Source: Phoronis australis (lineage: Eukaryota > Animalia > Phoronida). From it: a DNA stretch of 64,000 nucleotides. The stretch covers positions 62,001 through 126,000 of the forward strand of contig NMRA01000577.1 in NCBI GenBank assembly GCA_002633005.1, written 5' to 3'. This document shows, piece after piece, positions 1-12,300 of this stretch (position 1 is the stretch's first letter; each line of letters opens with the position of its first letter). The notes beneath the pieces are model-generated. The model made no database searches, had not been told where the DNA came from, and saw only the letters and a program-made list of their open reading frames with translations. Both the position numbers and the translations under genes were made by a program.

Positions 1-189
1 AGGTCACAGGTTCTCGTGGTCTTGCCACTATGGTTAAATGTTGACCATTCACTCGGCCAGAATATGACACTGTAATACAGTCATCATTTACACTGGTCTA
101 AATGAAGCAAAAGTCCACTTATAACAGATTCTCATCACTTCTGCATACATAATGCAAATAGTTATTAAAATTCAGACTTTATAGCTCAC

Positions 190-353
190 CTCAAACTGAG
201 CAATGGCAGCCCCGGACTCAACGCCCTCTTGTAGTAGGAGCAGAGACTCGGCTAGCAAGTCCCCACCACAGAGGGAGCTAGATATATGGTGAGTATCTGG
301 GATGTACTGGAAGTCTGGCTCCTCCGGGTTGACACTGTCTTCACCGATATAGA
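190..353 (-). CDS. PTPN4: PTPN4-like exon after PDZ (VYIGED...EPDFQYIP...IAQFE)
   Basis: 164 nt, TAG/GTGAGC, phase 1 to 0. Confidence 0.9.
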
Positions 354-3300
354 CTAGAATAGACATGGAGTAAGAGTATAGATACGGTGAAATGTAAAGA
401 GTGAGACTAGACATTCCGTGTCACTGTCAATGACAAAGTGAAAGAAAAAGATTTGGATGAGCACAGGTAAAAAGCAATGTTATCTAATATTTCCAAAATC
501 ATGTACAATGCATTCCCATCTCTACGCACTACCTGATATGCAACAAGAAGGGTCTACTAAAAAGACGTCAAAAGCATTTGACATTACAAATGAGGCCAGT
601 TTCTTTATTGGTTGAAAATGATCTTGTCGCAGTTGTGTAGTTTCATTTTGTTACAAGAATTGGGAAGTGCCAAAAAAAAAAATAATAATAATAGCGCAAG
701 GATAGTTGGCAAAATATGTGAATATTCTAATTCTGAGCAGACATATAAAAGTGATGTTCTCATTCTGACTAGAAAATACATTTTCTACACTGCACGCCAG
801 CGCCACCTACCGTTGGGCCTGACAATGAGTAGTAGTTCGCCAGAGTGCGTCTCTCGCGCCGACCGTATGAACATGACGACCTGCTCGTGAGTATGCTCCG
901 ACACGTCTCGCCCGTTAATGAACAACACCTGGTCACCCTCGTTCAGTCGTGGAATACACAGGTCGGCGGGCATACCGGGGGCGACACGTGACACAATGAT
1001 AGGCATACCTTGGTCCGCCCCACCCTATAGGAGACAAATTGGGGACTTATTAGAACATTATAGACAAAGATGGCTATGCCTTGGTCCGCCCCACCCTATA
1101 GGAGACAAATTGGGGACGTATTAGAACATTATAGACAATGATGGGTATGCCTTGGTCTGCCCCACCCTATAGGAGACAAATTGGGGACGTATTAGAACAT
1201 TATAGACAACGATGGCTATGCCTTGATCTTTCTCACCCTGTAATGAGACAAATAGGGGGCTTACTGTAACATTTATACACAAGGATGGCTATGCCTTGGT
1301 CTGCCCCACCCTGTAGGGAGACAAAGACGAACAACATGTATATCACCCATCTTGGCTGATGTGAATTCGAACTAGGTTTACTTCAATCATAGCACCACTC
1401 TTATGACTCTTCATCATTGCTCAGTGATCAGACACCATTACAAATTATCACGACCGATGATAAATGTTGCATCAACAATTATATCAAGCCTGGCCACCAC
1501 AGCTTCTCTCACACATGTCTGGGGTAATGGAGTCAAACAGCCATTGGGGCAAAACTACTGCCCCTAACTATAACCGTGTTACTCTGACATTGTCAAAATT
1601 CCTAGAATTAGTCCTGGATGAAAATAACAAACACTGATACAATTTTAATCCACGCTAATTTTAATTATGTTTGTGAAAAAACAAGATTAACATTTGAAAC
1701 ACTAATACAATTCTCTGTGCACTTTCAAATGTAGATTTTTGTTTTCTGAAAACATTCCAGCGTGAGGTTTGTCTAGTGTCAACCTCAAAACTAGCTGGCA
1801 GAGTCATTGGTCGTGAGACAGGCTCCCCTACCAGCAAACAAGCTAACCACTTATCTGGCCAGAAAACGTAAACTGATGACATGTTATAACACTTGGGAAG
1901 GTTCAAATGTCTTCAGTTTGATTGGATAGCAAAGTGGGAATATCCTGGTATTCCAGATTTTTAGCCAAATTGATAGTTGGGTTGTGAAGCTTCTCAAGTC
2001 ACCATCTGACTTTGAGACACAATGTTTACATAATGCAGCTTGTCAGCATTCGAATCTGAATCCGAATATACTACACAGCCAGCTGTGGGCATTAGGATCA
2101 AATGTGTTAACATCAGTTCTTATCAACCATTTATATTATATCATACCATACACTTAATTCACTGAAATGAATCAATATGAATTGATAAAAAATCTGACAA
2201 ACCAAAACTGCCTGTGTAGAAAGGGTTTATCAAAACTTCACAGCTACCTCAGAATGGCAGTAACGTCAGAAATAAAACAGATAGTTCTATGGACAGCGAT
2301 CAAAGTCAGAAAGTCATATCCCATAATACTTCTCTCACATCAAATTGTTTGGCCATGACATCTACGAGTGAACTCACCTTTACATTGAAACCAAATCGTC
2401 CTTGTTCATCAGGAGTCATACGGATGGAGACTAGGCCATGCTGTTCATCAATACCATTTGGCTGCAATCAGAAAACAATACGCTTGTGCTCGTGTGTGTA
2501 ATTATATATGGTAAATCCACTAGAGTTGATGTCATGAGAACACATGTTCAGTTAATGTCACAGCAAGTCAACTCATAGTGTACACAAAGAAGCACTTTAA
2601 ATTCAGGTACTAAAATCCACAACAACAGCCTTGCCCATGTGTCGTCGAAAAAGATGCCTACAGGTAACTTCAGCCCTGGAGTTATGAGCCTTTTGCTGTC
2701 ACAGGGATGGTCTGGGGGGGGGGCATTAATGCACCAGCACATCCCTAATGATCCTGACCGTGACAGGTATTAACAGGTCATTAATAACAAACACCAGTAC
2801 ATCCCCAACCATCATGTCCTTTACAAGTATTACAGGTCATTAATAACAAACACCAGCATATCTGTAATGATCCAACCAATTACAAGTATTATTGGTAATA
2901 ATAACAAAAATCCCAATGATCCTGTCCGTAACAGGTAATGAGAGAAGCACTGTGAATTCATTAAGTCAAAGTGGCAGACCACCGTGATATGACATCACTA
3001 CCAAAGCAACATACAAAAGTCAATGAACAGTTATATGGACAGGATCAATAGTAAAGACGAGAAAAAATACCACTGATATTAGAACAAGCATTTTCAAATA
3101 CAGTCTTCTGATATAAATCACTCACCACAGCCAAATCCAATGTCATAGCAATTGGAAAATCCACAAATCCAAAGCAACAAATCCGCTGTAATCTGCCATG
3201 TAAATGCCTATAGGCTTTAATTTTTTCACAATGCAGAAAGTTGGGGATGAGCACTATATTGGACACAGGTGTTTATACATGTCCACTAATTCAGCATATG

Positions 3301-6300
3301 TCCAGCTGACCAGTAGACAGGTAGATTAGCTCTCTTTAGTTTTTTTACCATTCGAGTACTCGCTCACCTTCCAGACGTGTTTTTCAAGAAACATTAAAAA
3401 AATGCGTCATTTTGAAAACACTTAACCAAATTTGCATCGGAATGAGTAGGCGTTAAAATGAGCACCCCTCGATTAGTAATGAACTTCATTAAAAAGTTGA
3501 GGGTGGGTGCTAAAATGAGTAGTGGGTGTATACAAGGTAGAATACAGTCATTAGCAGTCATACTCTTCCACTTCATGCCAGAACTGACTAAAAGTCGAGT
3601 CTTAATTCATNATTCTGGGGCTCATGCCAGACATTATCCATCTGTTAACCTCATTTTGTTTCAGCATTGTTACTTATTACTGAAACTTTTACATACAGAA
3701 CCTGTGGCACAGTGTTGTAAAACTACTGATTTACATTATCTAACAAAACCTACTAAACCCACCACTGGTTGATCGAGATAGGCTGGCAGCTCATAGGATT
3801 GTTCCGTGATGGAAATACTATTGTTGTCTTCTATACAGCTCGTCTGCATGGGCTCACTACCCTGGTTGTACGAGTTCTTCTTACTACTGTCCAAGAAGCC
3901 ACCGTCACTGAAATTAAGAAAGCGGGTTTAAGTGAAACATTAGTACAGATTATGACAATTGATTCTTTTATCTGTTCCTAGGAGTTGACAACTGTACCGG
4001 TTTGTTTTCATCAATAGTCTCAAGAATGGAACAGTGTAAGTTTGTTTCAACAATATTCTGGAGAGTACAACATACTTTATATTATTTGGTGTTGATGTTT
4101 TTTGCATTTCATTGGATTTAACAAATTCAACAGTCGATCTACATGCAATGAAGCTGGTCTTCAAATGGCTCAAACAGCATTGACTATGTCAATAAAACAA
4201 GAATAATATCCATACAATACCAACAGATGGCGTGCGACCATGCATGAAGCAATTAGTGATCAAGATAGCCTACTGACGTCAGTGTTTGCAACTGATTAAG
4301 TGATTTACTGTATTCTGCCATATAAACACGGGCGTTAAGTCTTTTACAATGCAGAAACTTGGGGATGGGTGTAAAATGGTTGTGTGTGTTTACATATGGT
4401 CAGGTTAACGCCCACTACTCAAGTGTATTCACACCTGACCGTGCAAATGCCCACACACTACTCAATTACATGCCAAAAGGTGATGTTATAGCAACGTATC
4501 AAGATTAGTACCTTGATGTTGAACTGCGTGTCATGATGATACATTTACAAAATACTTGTTGCGATCTTACAAAGTCCAAACATAGCTTACTGCAGACCGC
4601 CACTCTACTAAATGTAACCATGGTGATTGGTTATAGATTTGATCCCTTTCTATCCATTTTAAGGGAAAATCATTAGCCCACCGAATTAGGTTCCTTACGA
4701 AAGATTCTCCGACTGTGATAAAAAATTTGAAATGTTTTCTTTTTATACACTCCAGAAAAAGGACGCCTAACCCCTTGTTGTGCAGATTTCTGCCACATGA
4801 TAGGACGGTTCTGGCATGCGAATTTTTACCACAGGATTANTTTCAACAATATTCTGGAGAGTACAACACACTTTACATTATTTGGAGTTGATGTTTTTTG
4901 CATTTCATTGGATTTAACAAATTCAACAGTCGATCTACATGCAATGAAGCTGGTCTTCAAATGGCTCAAACAGCATTGACTATGTCAATAAAACAAGAAT
5001 TATATCCACATAATACCAACAGATGGCGTGCGACCATGCATGAAGCAATTAGTGATCAAGATAGCCTACTGACGTCAGTGTTTGCAACTGATTAAGTGAT
5101 TTACTGTATTCTGCCATGTAAACACGGGCGGTAAGTCTTTTACAATGCAGAAACTTGGGGATGGGTGTAAAATGGTTGTGTGTGTTTACACATCTTCAGG
5201 TTAACGCCCACTACTCAAGTATATTCACACCTGACTGTGCAAATGCCCACACACCACTCAATTACATGCCAAAAGGTGATGTTATAGCAACATATCGAGA
5301 TTAGTACCTTGATGTTGAATTGCGTGTCATGATGAGATACATTTATAAAATACTTGTTGCGATCTTACAAAGTCCAAACATAGCTTACTGCAGACCGCCA
5401 CTCTAGTAAATGTAACCATGGTGATTGGTTATAGATTTGATCCCTTTCTATCCATTTTAAGGGAAAATCATTAGCCCACCGAATTAGGTTCCTTACGAAA
5501 GATTCTCCGACTGTGATAAAAAATTTGAAATGTTTTCTTTTTATACACTCCAGAAAAAGGACGCCTAACCCCTTGTTGTGCAGATTTCTGCCACATGATA
5601 GGACGGTTCTGGCATGCGAATTTTTACCACAGGATTATCCTTTGAGGAGCATGCACCAGCTAGATTCTACATTTGCTAGAGCTCCTAAGTTTTGCTTTTT
5701 GGTGCATTTGCTGGATTAGTTGTTTTCCCCCTTAAGTAGTCACTCACCTTCTCGACATGTTTTCAAAGATGCAGCATTTTGAAGACATTGGACAAACTTT
5801 GTATTGGAATGAGTCATAAAATGGCAGGATACATAAGGAGTTTATTTTTAAGTCAGGAGTGTGCGTTAAAATGAGCACTCTTGGCACATAACTAACTTGG
5901 GGAAGTGGGCATTTACATGGCAGAATATGTGACATCATTGTTACCAGTGTCTCCACCTGGTGTTCCTGTTACAAACAAGACACAGCTAGTTGTTGTTAAT
6001 TACAACAGCTCAATACTGATTACAAGCCAACGGCCATTGCCAACAGCAGCTTAATTAAAAGCAGAGTTTTTATCCAAGACTAACGTCCTGGGAACTGGTC
6101 ACGAAAAACGTTCAGACTGCCACCAAGTAGTAACGCAACAAATTGTGACACTCACTCGTCAGATCGGTTGCCGTCCGACCATGCCTTTGAGTTATAGTCA
6201 CGCGAGAGCGATGCACGCAGATTGCTGTTAAAACTCTGATAGTGTCGCACGTGATTAGGCATGCTGTTAGAAGTGACTGGTTTGGTCGAGCGACTACTGG

Positions 6301-9300
6301 GAATGTTGGGATACCCGTCAACGACGTTCCGCTCGGACGTGATGACCTCACGCGTGATCCCGCCTACCGTGCGCCGCGCGTACCGTTTACTGGGGGACCT
6401 AAAATGAGCAAGCACTCTCTCACCAAGTGTTTGTTTATCAACATTTATTACGGAGATCCACACAACAACGAGTCTTACCTGAAACGTACAAATGACCATC
6501 CTGGAAATTTTTAGCCTTTTTTGAACAGAAATGGAGGTACGATTAACAACAAGAAATAATAGTAGGTTCTACATTTTGACAACAAGGTTAAATCTAACAA
6601 ATAAGTAAGTCGAGATCATTTAATCTATTCTACTATCAAAAGGTAACATTCGGTTAATAAACACAATTCCTTTTCACAACTAATCAATGTTCAACTACTC
6701 TCCAAGGTTCTGAGTATGCTATTAACACTCTGAACACAAGCAGTATTCAGTCTCTGAGGCACCCCAGGGTAATTCCCAATCAGTCAGAGGGACTGTTTAC
6801 CTTGAGAAGCTGCGCTCCATCCTAGCTCGGCGCCTCGCCTCCTCTAGAGTTTGATGTTCTGTTCTGCCACTGTGGACAATGAGAAATGTTAAGTGAGTCA
6901 TTAGGTCAACAGTTTGTACATGGTAATCAAACACTCTGAACTTGACCCAATAGCCATTTTCAAATAGAGAGCGACATGATGAACTGTGCCATCTCAGTAC
7001 ATGGAGACAGAGTTGTGCAAAAATGTACAACCTCTCAATGCCCGTGAATTAAAAATTGTCAGTCGTGCCAGACACCTTGCCAGTCTCACAAAGAATTAAA
7101 AATTATGGTAAATATTTTCCAGTATGGTACAACACCCAAAGTTTGGGACACAGAATTCACTCCCTGTCCGCAAATTCAGACTTTCACTCACTCATACCTT
7201 AAACCATATTATATAACATGAGATATCACACCTGCCAAGAAAACACTTACCTGTACCTAAATTTAGTGTCGAGCAGGAAGAACCTTCTTGCTGATGGCTG
7301 TGGCACCGAGTGAAGCCTGAAAAACGTGTGGTGTTCCACACAGGACTTCCACAGCTTCTTGCAAGACCTATAGCTACTCATGTTGAACCCTATCAGGTTA
7401 TCAAGGGTGTCCGTCTGCGGGCAACACAACAGAATTATGACAGGAAACCATGTGAATGGGAAGCAAAAAAGTGATTCGCTAATTTGTGCCATACTAGCTA
7501 CAGATTAAAGTCATTTTTCAATGACTTACAATTTTTTTTTCTATAATGTGTTACACAATATTGTTCTGTTCATAACCTTAAATGTATGTTGTCCATGAGG
7601 GCATTTAAACTTCAGTCATCAACCAATAAACACTTTCTGCAAATGTCCTTACCCCTTCTCTCCGCAGCTGTATGAAAAACTGCTTTCTTTTGAATGATAT
7701 TTTCACTATTTTAGCCCTGCAAGTATAAAACAACAGAGATGATCTTGAGGAAGACCAAGTACGCAATCGTACACTTGACTAGTTGTCGGTTAGTACGAAG
7801 TCAGCTGCTGCCGTCTACCCACTTGACCATGGACTGAAAGATTCCATGTCAAAACAAACCCGCAATATCCATGCATTAATTCTTAACAAAACACCATTTT
7901 AGTCATTTACTCAATACTTTACGAGGATTCTGCATTGATGACATCAGACTGGGTAGGTTAAACCATCTTTCAATGTCAAGACTGCAACAGATTCCATACA
8001 TTTCGTCCATCTCTTTGTGAAATTACTTCATCGCACAAACTGCCAATATCCAGGTTTGTTTTGGAACTCTCTCTAAATTCTAACTTTTTCATTTGACTTT
8101 CAGAGCTGATGTCACCACAAAGACACTTGGTGAAATCTTTTTCATATTTCCCATCTCGATTCCAAAGCAGACAATATCCCACAATGTTTAGTCATGAAAG
8201 CATGTTTTTCATTGGCCAGTCATTAACAAACTAACTTTAATTGACCAATCCCAAAAGGGAAGATGTACATGCAATTTTATTATACACTGGTACTCAGGAG
8301 CTATCTAATTAGTTGGATATAGTGCTCTTCACTAATCATTCNNNNNNNNNNNNNNNNNNNNNNNNNNNNNNNNNNNNNNNNNNNNNNNNNNNNNNNNNNN
8401 NNNNNNNNNNNNNNNNNNNNNNNNNNNNNNNNNNNNNNNNNNNNNNNNNNNNNNNNNNNNNNNNNNNNNNNNNNNNNNNNNNNNNNNNNNNNNNNNNNNN
8501 NNNNNNNNNNNNNNNNNNNNNNNNNNNNNNNNNNNNNNNNTTTGGGACACAGAATTCACTCCCTGTCCGCAAATTCAGACTTTCACTCACTCATACCTTA
8601 AACCATATTATATAACATGAGATATCACACCTGCCAAGAAAACACTTACCTGTACCTAAATTTAGTGTCGAGCAGGAAGAACCTTCTTGCTGATGGCTGT
8701 GGCACCGAGTGAAGCCTGAAAAACGTGTGGTGTTCCACACAGGACTTCCACAGCTTCTTGCAAGACCTATAGCTACTCATGTTGAACCCTATCAGGTTAT
8801 CAAGGGTGTCCGTCTGCGGGCAACACAACAGAATTATGACAGGAAACCATGTGAATGGGAAGCAAAAAAGTGATTCGCTAATTTGTGCCATACTAGCTAC
8901 AGATTAAAGTCATTTCTCAATGACTTACAAATTTTTTTCTATATGTTATACAACATTGTTCTGTTAATCTCCTGAAAAGTACGTTTTTCTCAGACAGTGT
9001 CCATGAGGGCATTTAAAGTTCATCAACCAATAAACACTTTCTACAAACGTCCTTACCCCTTCTCGCCGCAGCTGTATGAAAAACTGCTTTCTTTTGAATG
9101 ATATTTTCACTATTTTAGCCCTGCAAGTATAAAACAACAGAGATGATCTTGAGGAAGACCAAGTAAGCAATCGTACACTCGACTAGTTGTCGGTTAGTAC
9201 GAAGCCAGCTGCTGCCATCTACCCACTTGATCATGGACTGCAAGATTCCATGTCAAAACAAACCCGCAATATCCATGCATTAATTCTTAACAAAACACCA

Positions 9301-12300
9301 TTTTAGTCATTTACTCAATACTTTACGAGGATTCTGCATTGATGACATCAGACTGGGTAGGTTTGGTAAACATTAAACCATCTTTCAATGTCAAGACTGC
9401 AACAGATTCCATACATTTCGTCCATCTCTTTGTGAAATTACCTCATTGCACAAACTGCCAACATCCAGGTTTGTTTTGGAACTCCCTGTAAATTCTAACT
9501 TTTTCATTTGACTTTCAGAGCTGATGTCACCATGAAGACACTTGGTGAACTCTTTTTCTCATTTCCCATCTCGATTCCAAAGCAGACAATATCCCACAAT
9601 GTTTAGTCATGAAAACATGTTTTTCATTGGCCAGTCATTAACAAACTAACTTTAATTGACCAATCCCAAAAGGGAAGATGTACATGCAATTTTATTATAC
9701 ACTGGTACTCAGGAGCTATCTAATTAGTTGGATATAGTGCTCCTCACTAATCATTCACTTTCCGGATTTTTCTGCCGAATTCTTCACTAATTTGGCACTC
9801 CAAAACGCAAATAATTTTATAAATATTTTCCAACTTTTAGTCAATTTTTTGGAAGTGAAATGAATGTTCAAGATCCATAACATTTCAAATCTGTACATAG
9901 CGAACATTAGGCTCTAAATATACACACAACACAGATAAGCCCATAACAGTTGGCGGCCTTATAATGCTATCCATGGAACTGCTTGCCAAATATACTTGTA
10001 ACAGATAGACATGCTGACTTAACCCAATGAATGATGCACCAAATGCACCACACTCTGAAACATTATCAGAAACACCAAGTCCTTGTCAACTAACCGCCTG
10101 TAACCCAATGCTGTAGTGGTAAAATTAGAGGTAAGTAGGCGCCCAAAGCCCACCGTATCACACTGAGCACTGAACGTAACTACAGTGTGTAGGCGCTACG
10201 TTCAAATGCTAAAAGGTGGTTGGCTGCTCCTACGTGCGCCTACGCCCCACTACAGCGCTGCTTTGGCCACCCACTCACCAGGAGAATGTGTTGATTTTCC
10301 TGTTATTCTGAAAGACTACCAAGCCCACTGCTGTCACGCCAAGCTGTATCTCAACATTGCACGAATCCTGCAAAAGAAACACGATTGTTATTAGTGCCCA
10401 GGAGATGAAGAACACGGTTTCACAGATGGAGAGTGTAGTCAAAGAACACTGTGTTTGTTGAGGTATAATGCAATAAAGCTGAAACCCTCAATCCGTCAAG
10501 GAAACTGGCTTCTGCACATAAGCACTTACCGCAACAAGCTTGTTATCACCATGCACTTAACTCAGATAACAAGTGGTTTCGGGTTTAGAAAATCATTATC
10601 ACTGAAGACAATGCCACAGTCAAGTGGCCTAAATGAAAAATTAGTTTTCAGCCACAAGGTAGATTTATAACCACTTTAAGTTAATATACAAGTTATTTGG
10701 ATTAGCAACACTACAGAAGATAGGTCAAATAAACACAGAAAAATCAGGAACCCCAACTGGGAATCGAACCACAGGTCTCTAGATTGCCGGTCTAGTGCTC
10801 TGACCTCTGTATATTTACAGAAGATTGGCAATAGCCCATTCAAAGATAGAGACAATCCACATGGCTGCCTACAGGTGTTGTTTAATTTTTCATCCTTGCT
10901 ATAACCAGGCACAGACACAACAAGGAAGTGATTTGATGGAGAACCGAAAAGGAACTAAGCTAACATAATACCAAAGCCTGACAATGCTAAGGAATAACAT
11001 AAAAAACCAGTGACAAGAATATTAAAGCCCCATCAAAAGTTGGTCTACCTTGGCATCATGCAGGTCGACGCCATACATCTCCATTCTCTTAGCACATTCC
11101 AAGTAGTTCAGCTCAGCATCAGCAGGTGTCTGGCCCCTGAAACGAGAGTACCACATAAATATACCCCTTAAATACGCGTGAAATTGAACTGAATCTGTCT
11201 TCGGTTCTCGAAGCTCAGTTCATGAAAATAAGAACACCCTTCAAGATTAAAGAAAGACGCTGCTATTTAGAGCAATGAAACTAAATGTTATTCCACTGTT
11301 GATTTCTTGTCAGTGTCTCTCCTGACAAACATTCGTGATTATTCAGGGCTTAGAATGATCAATGACAAAAAGGAGGAAAATTTTCCAGGTGAAGTATTGT
11401 TCCACAAATAAATAGGCTTGTGTGATATATTTTTTGAGTTGTAAAATTTAACTGAAATAAACGTTTCTGAATGAATAAAGTCAAAACAACATTAAAAAAG
11501 AGATGAAAAAAAGAAGAAACTGGAAATCCAATAAGAGGAAATTGGAATCAAAAAAGAGGAAATCCTCTTAAAAGAGGAAAATTCCAAGTCCAGACTACAG
11601 CAACAGATTGTTGTGACAGACACTACTGATTATTACCCAAAGAATACAACACTACTGACCTGTGTTGCTTGTGAAGGTCGGCCACCTCATTCTCAAACAG
11701 CTCGTCCTGACTGGGGATGAACCTAAACTCGGACAGGTAACCCTCATTATGTTCCTCACTGTTATAGTCACCAAGCTCAGCTGAAACAGTGTCAAACATG
11801 TAGGATGAGTGAACAGCTCGCGTGTGACATGTCAAACCAGAGCAAGAGCAGGAGTAATCAAGTCAATGTAAAACTGTTGGAGGTTTTGTCATAACACTTC
11901 TTAAATCTATTGCTCTATTTGCACCAACCTTGAACCTTGGTCTGCGACTGCATGCCACCTATTGGCCACATTACGTGACCAACAGGTGGCATGCAGACCA
12001 GACTTAAAAAAATGTTTGCAATGTATATTTCCACGCCAGTTTTAAGTTTGATGTATTCGTGTAACTTCTAGCCTATTTGCAATGGCACCATGTTTCGCCC
12101 AGTAATTTCTCTGATCATCTTCAAGGGCCTGTTTCTCGCAAAGACTATTGACTTTTTGTCTTCATCCAAAGTCAGAAATCTGTATACCAATACCCAGAAG
12201 TTCGATTTTTTTGTCTTTTCTTTTTCTCGAAACGTTTTGTCTTCCGTCTAGTCAAACAGACTTCGGATTTCAGACTGTCGATTTCAAATTGTAGACAGAG

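Larger units (their letters stand above)
7142..9756. repeat. Duplication of about 1.2 kb flanking the N gap 8342-8540 (likely uncollapsed haplotypes)
   Basis: 7142-8341 versus 8541-9756 with scattered SNPs and indels; both copies end exactly at the gap. Confidence 0.9.

Noticed and set aside
5705-5885. ORF 5744-5956 as a coding exon
   Set aside because: Region is a diverged copy of about 3325-3472, so it is a dispersed repeat fragment
5917-5965. Extra PTPN4 exon ([15 protein letters not shown]) on the minus strand
   Set aside because: Needs phase 1 entry but the upstream exon ends in phase 2; exons 6156 and 3907 already join in frame
8313-8615. ORFs spanning the N gap
   Set aside because: Artefacts of translating Ns
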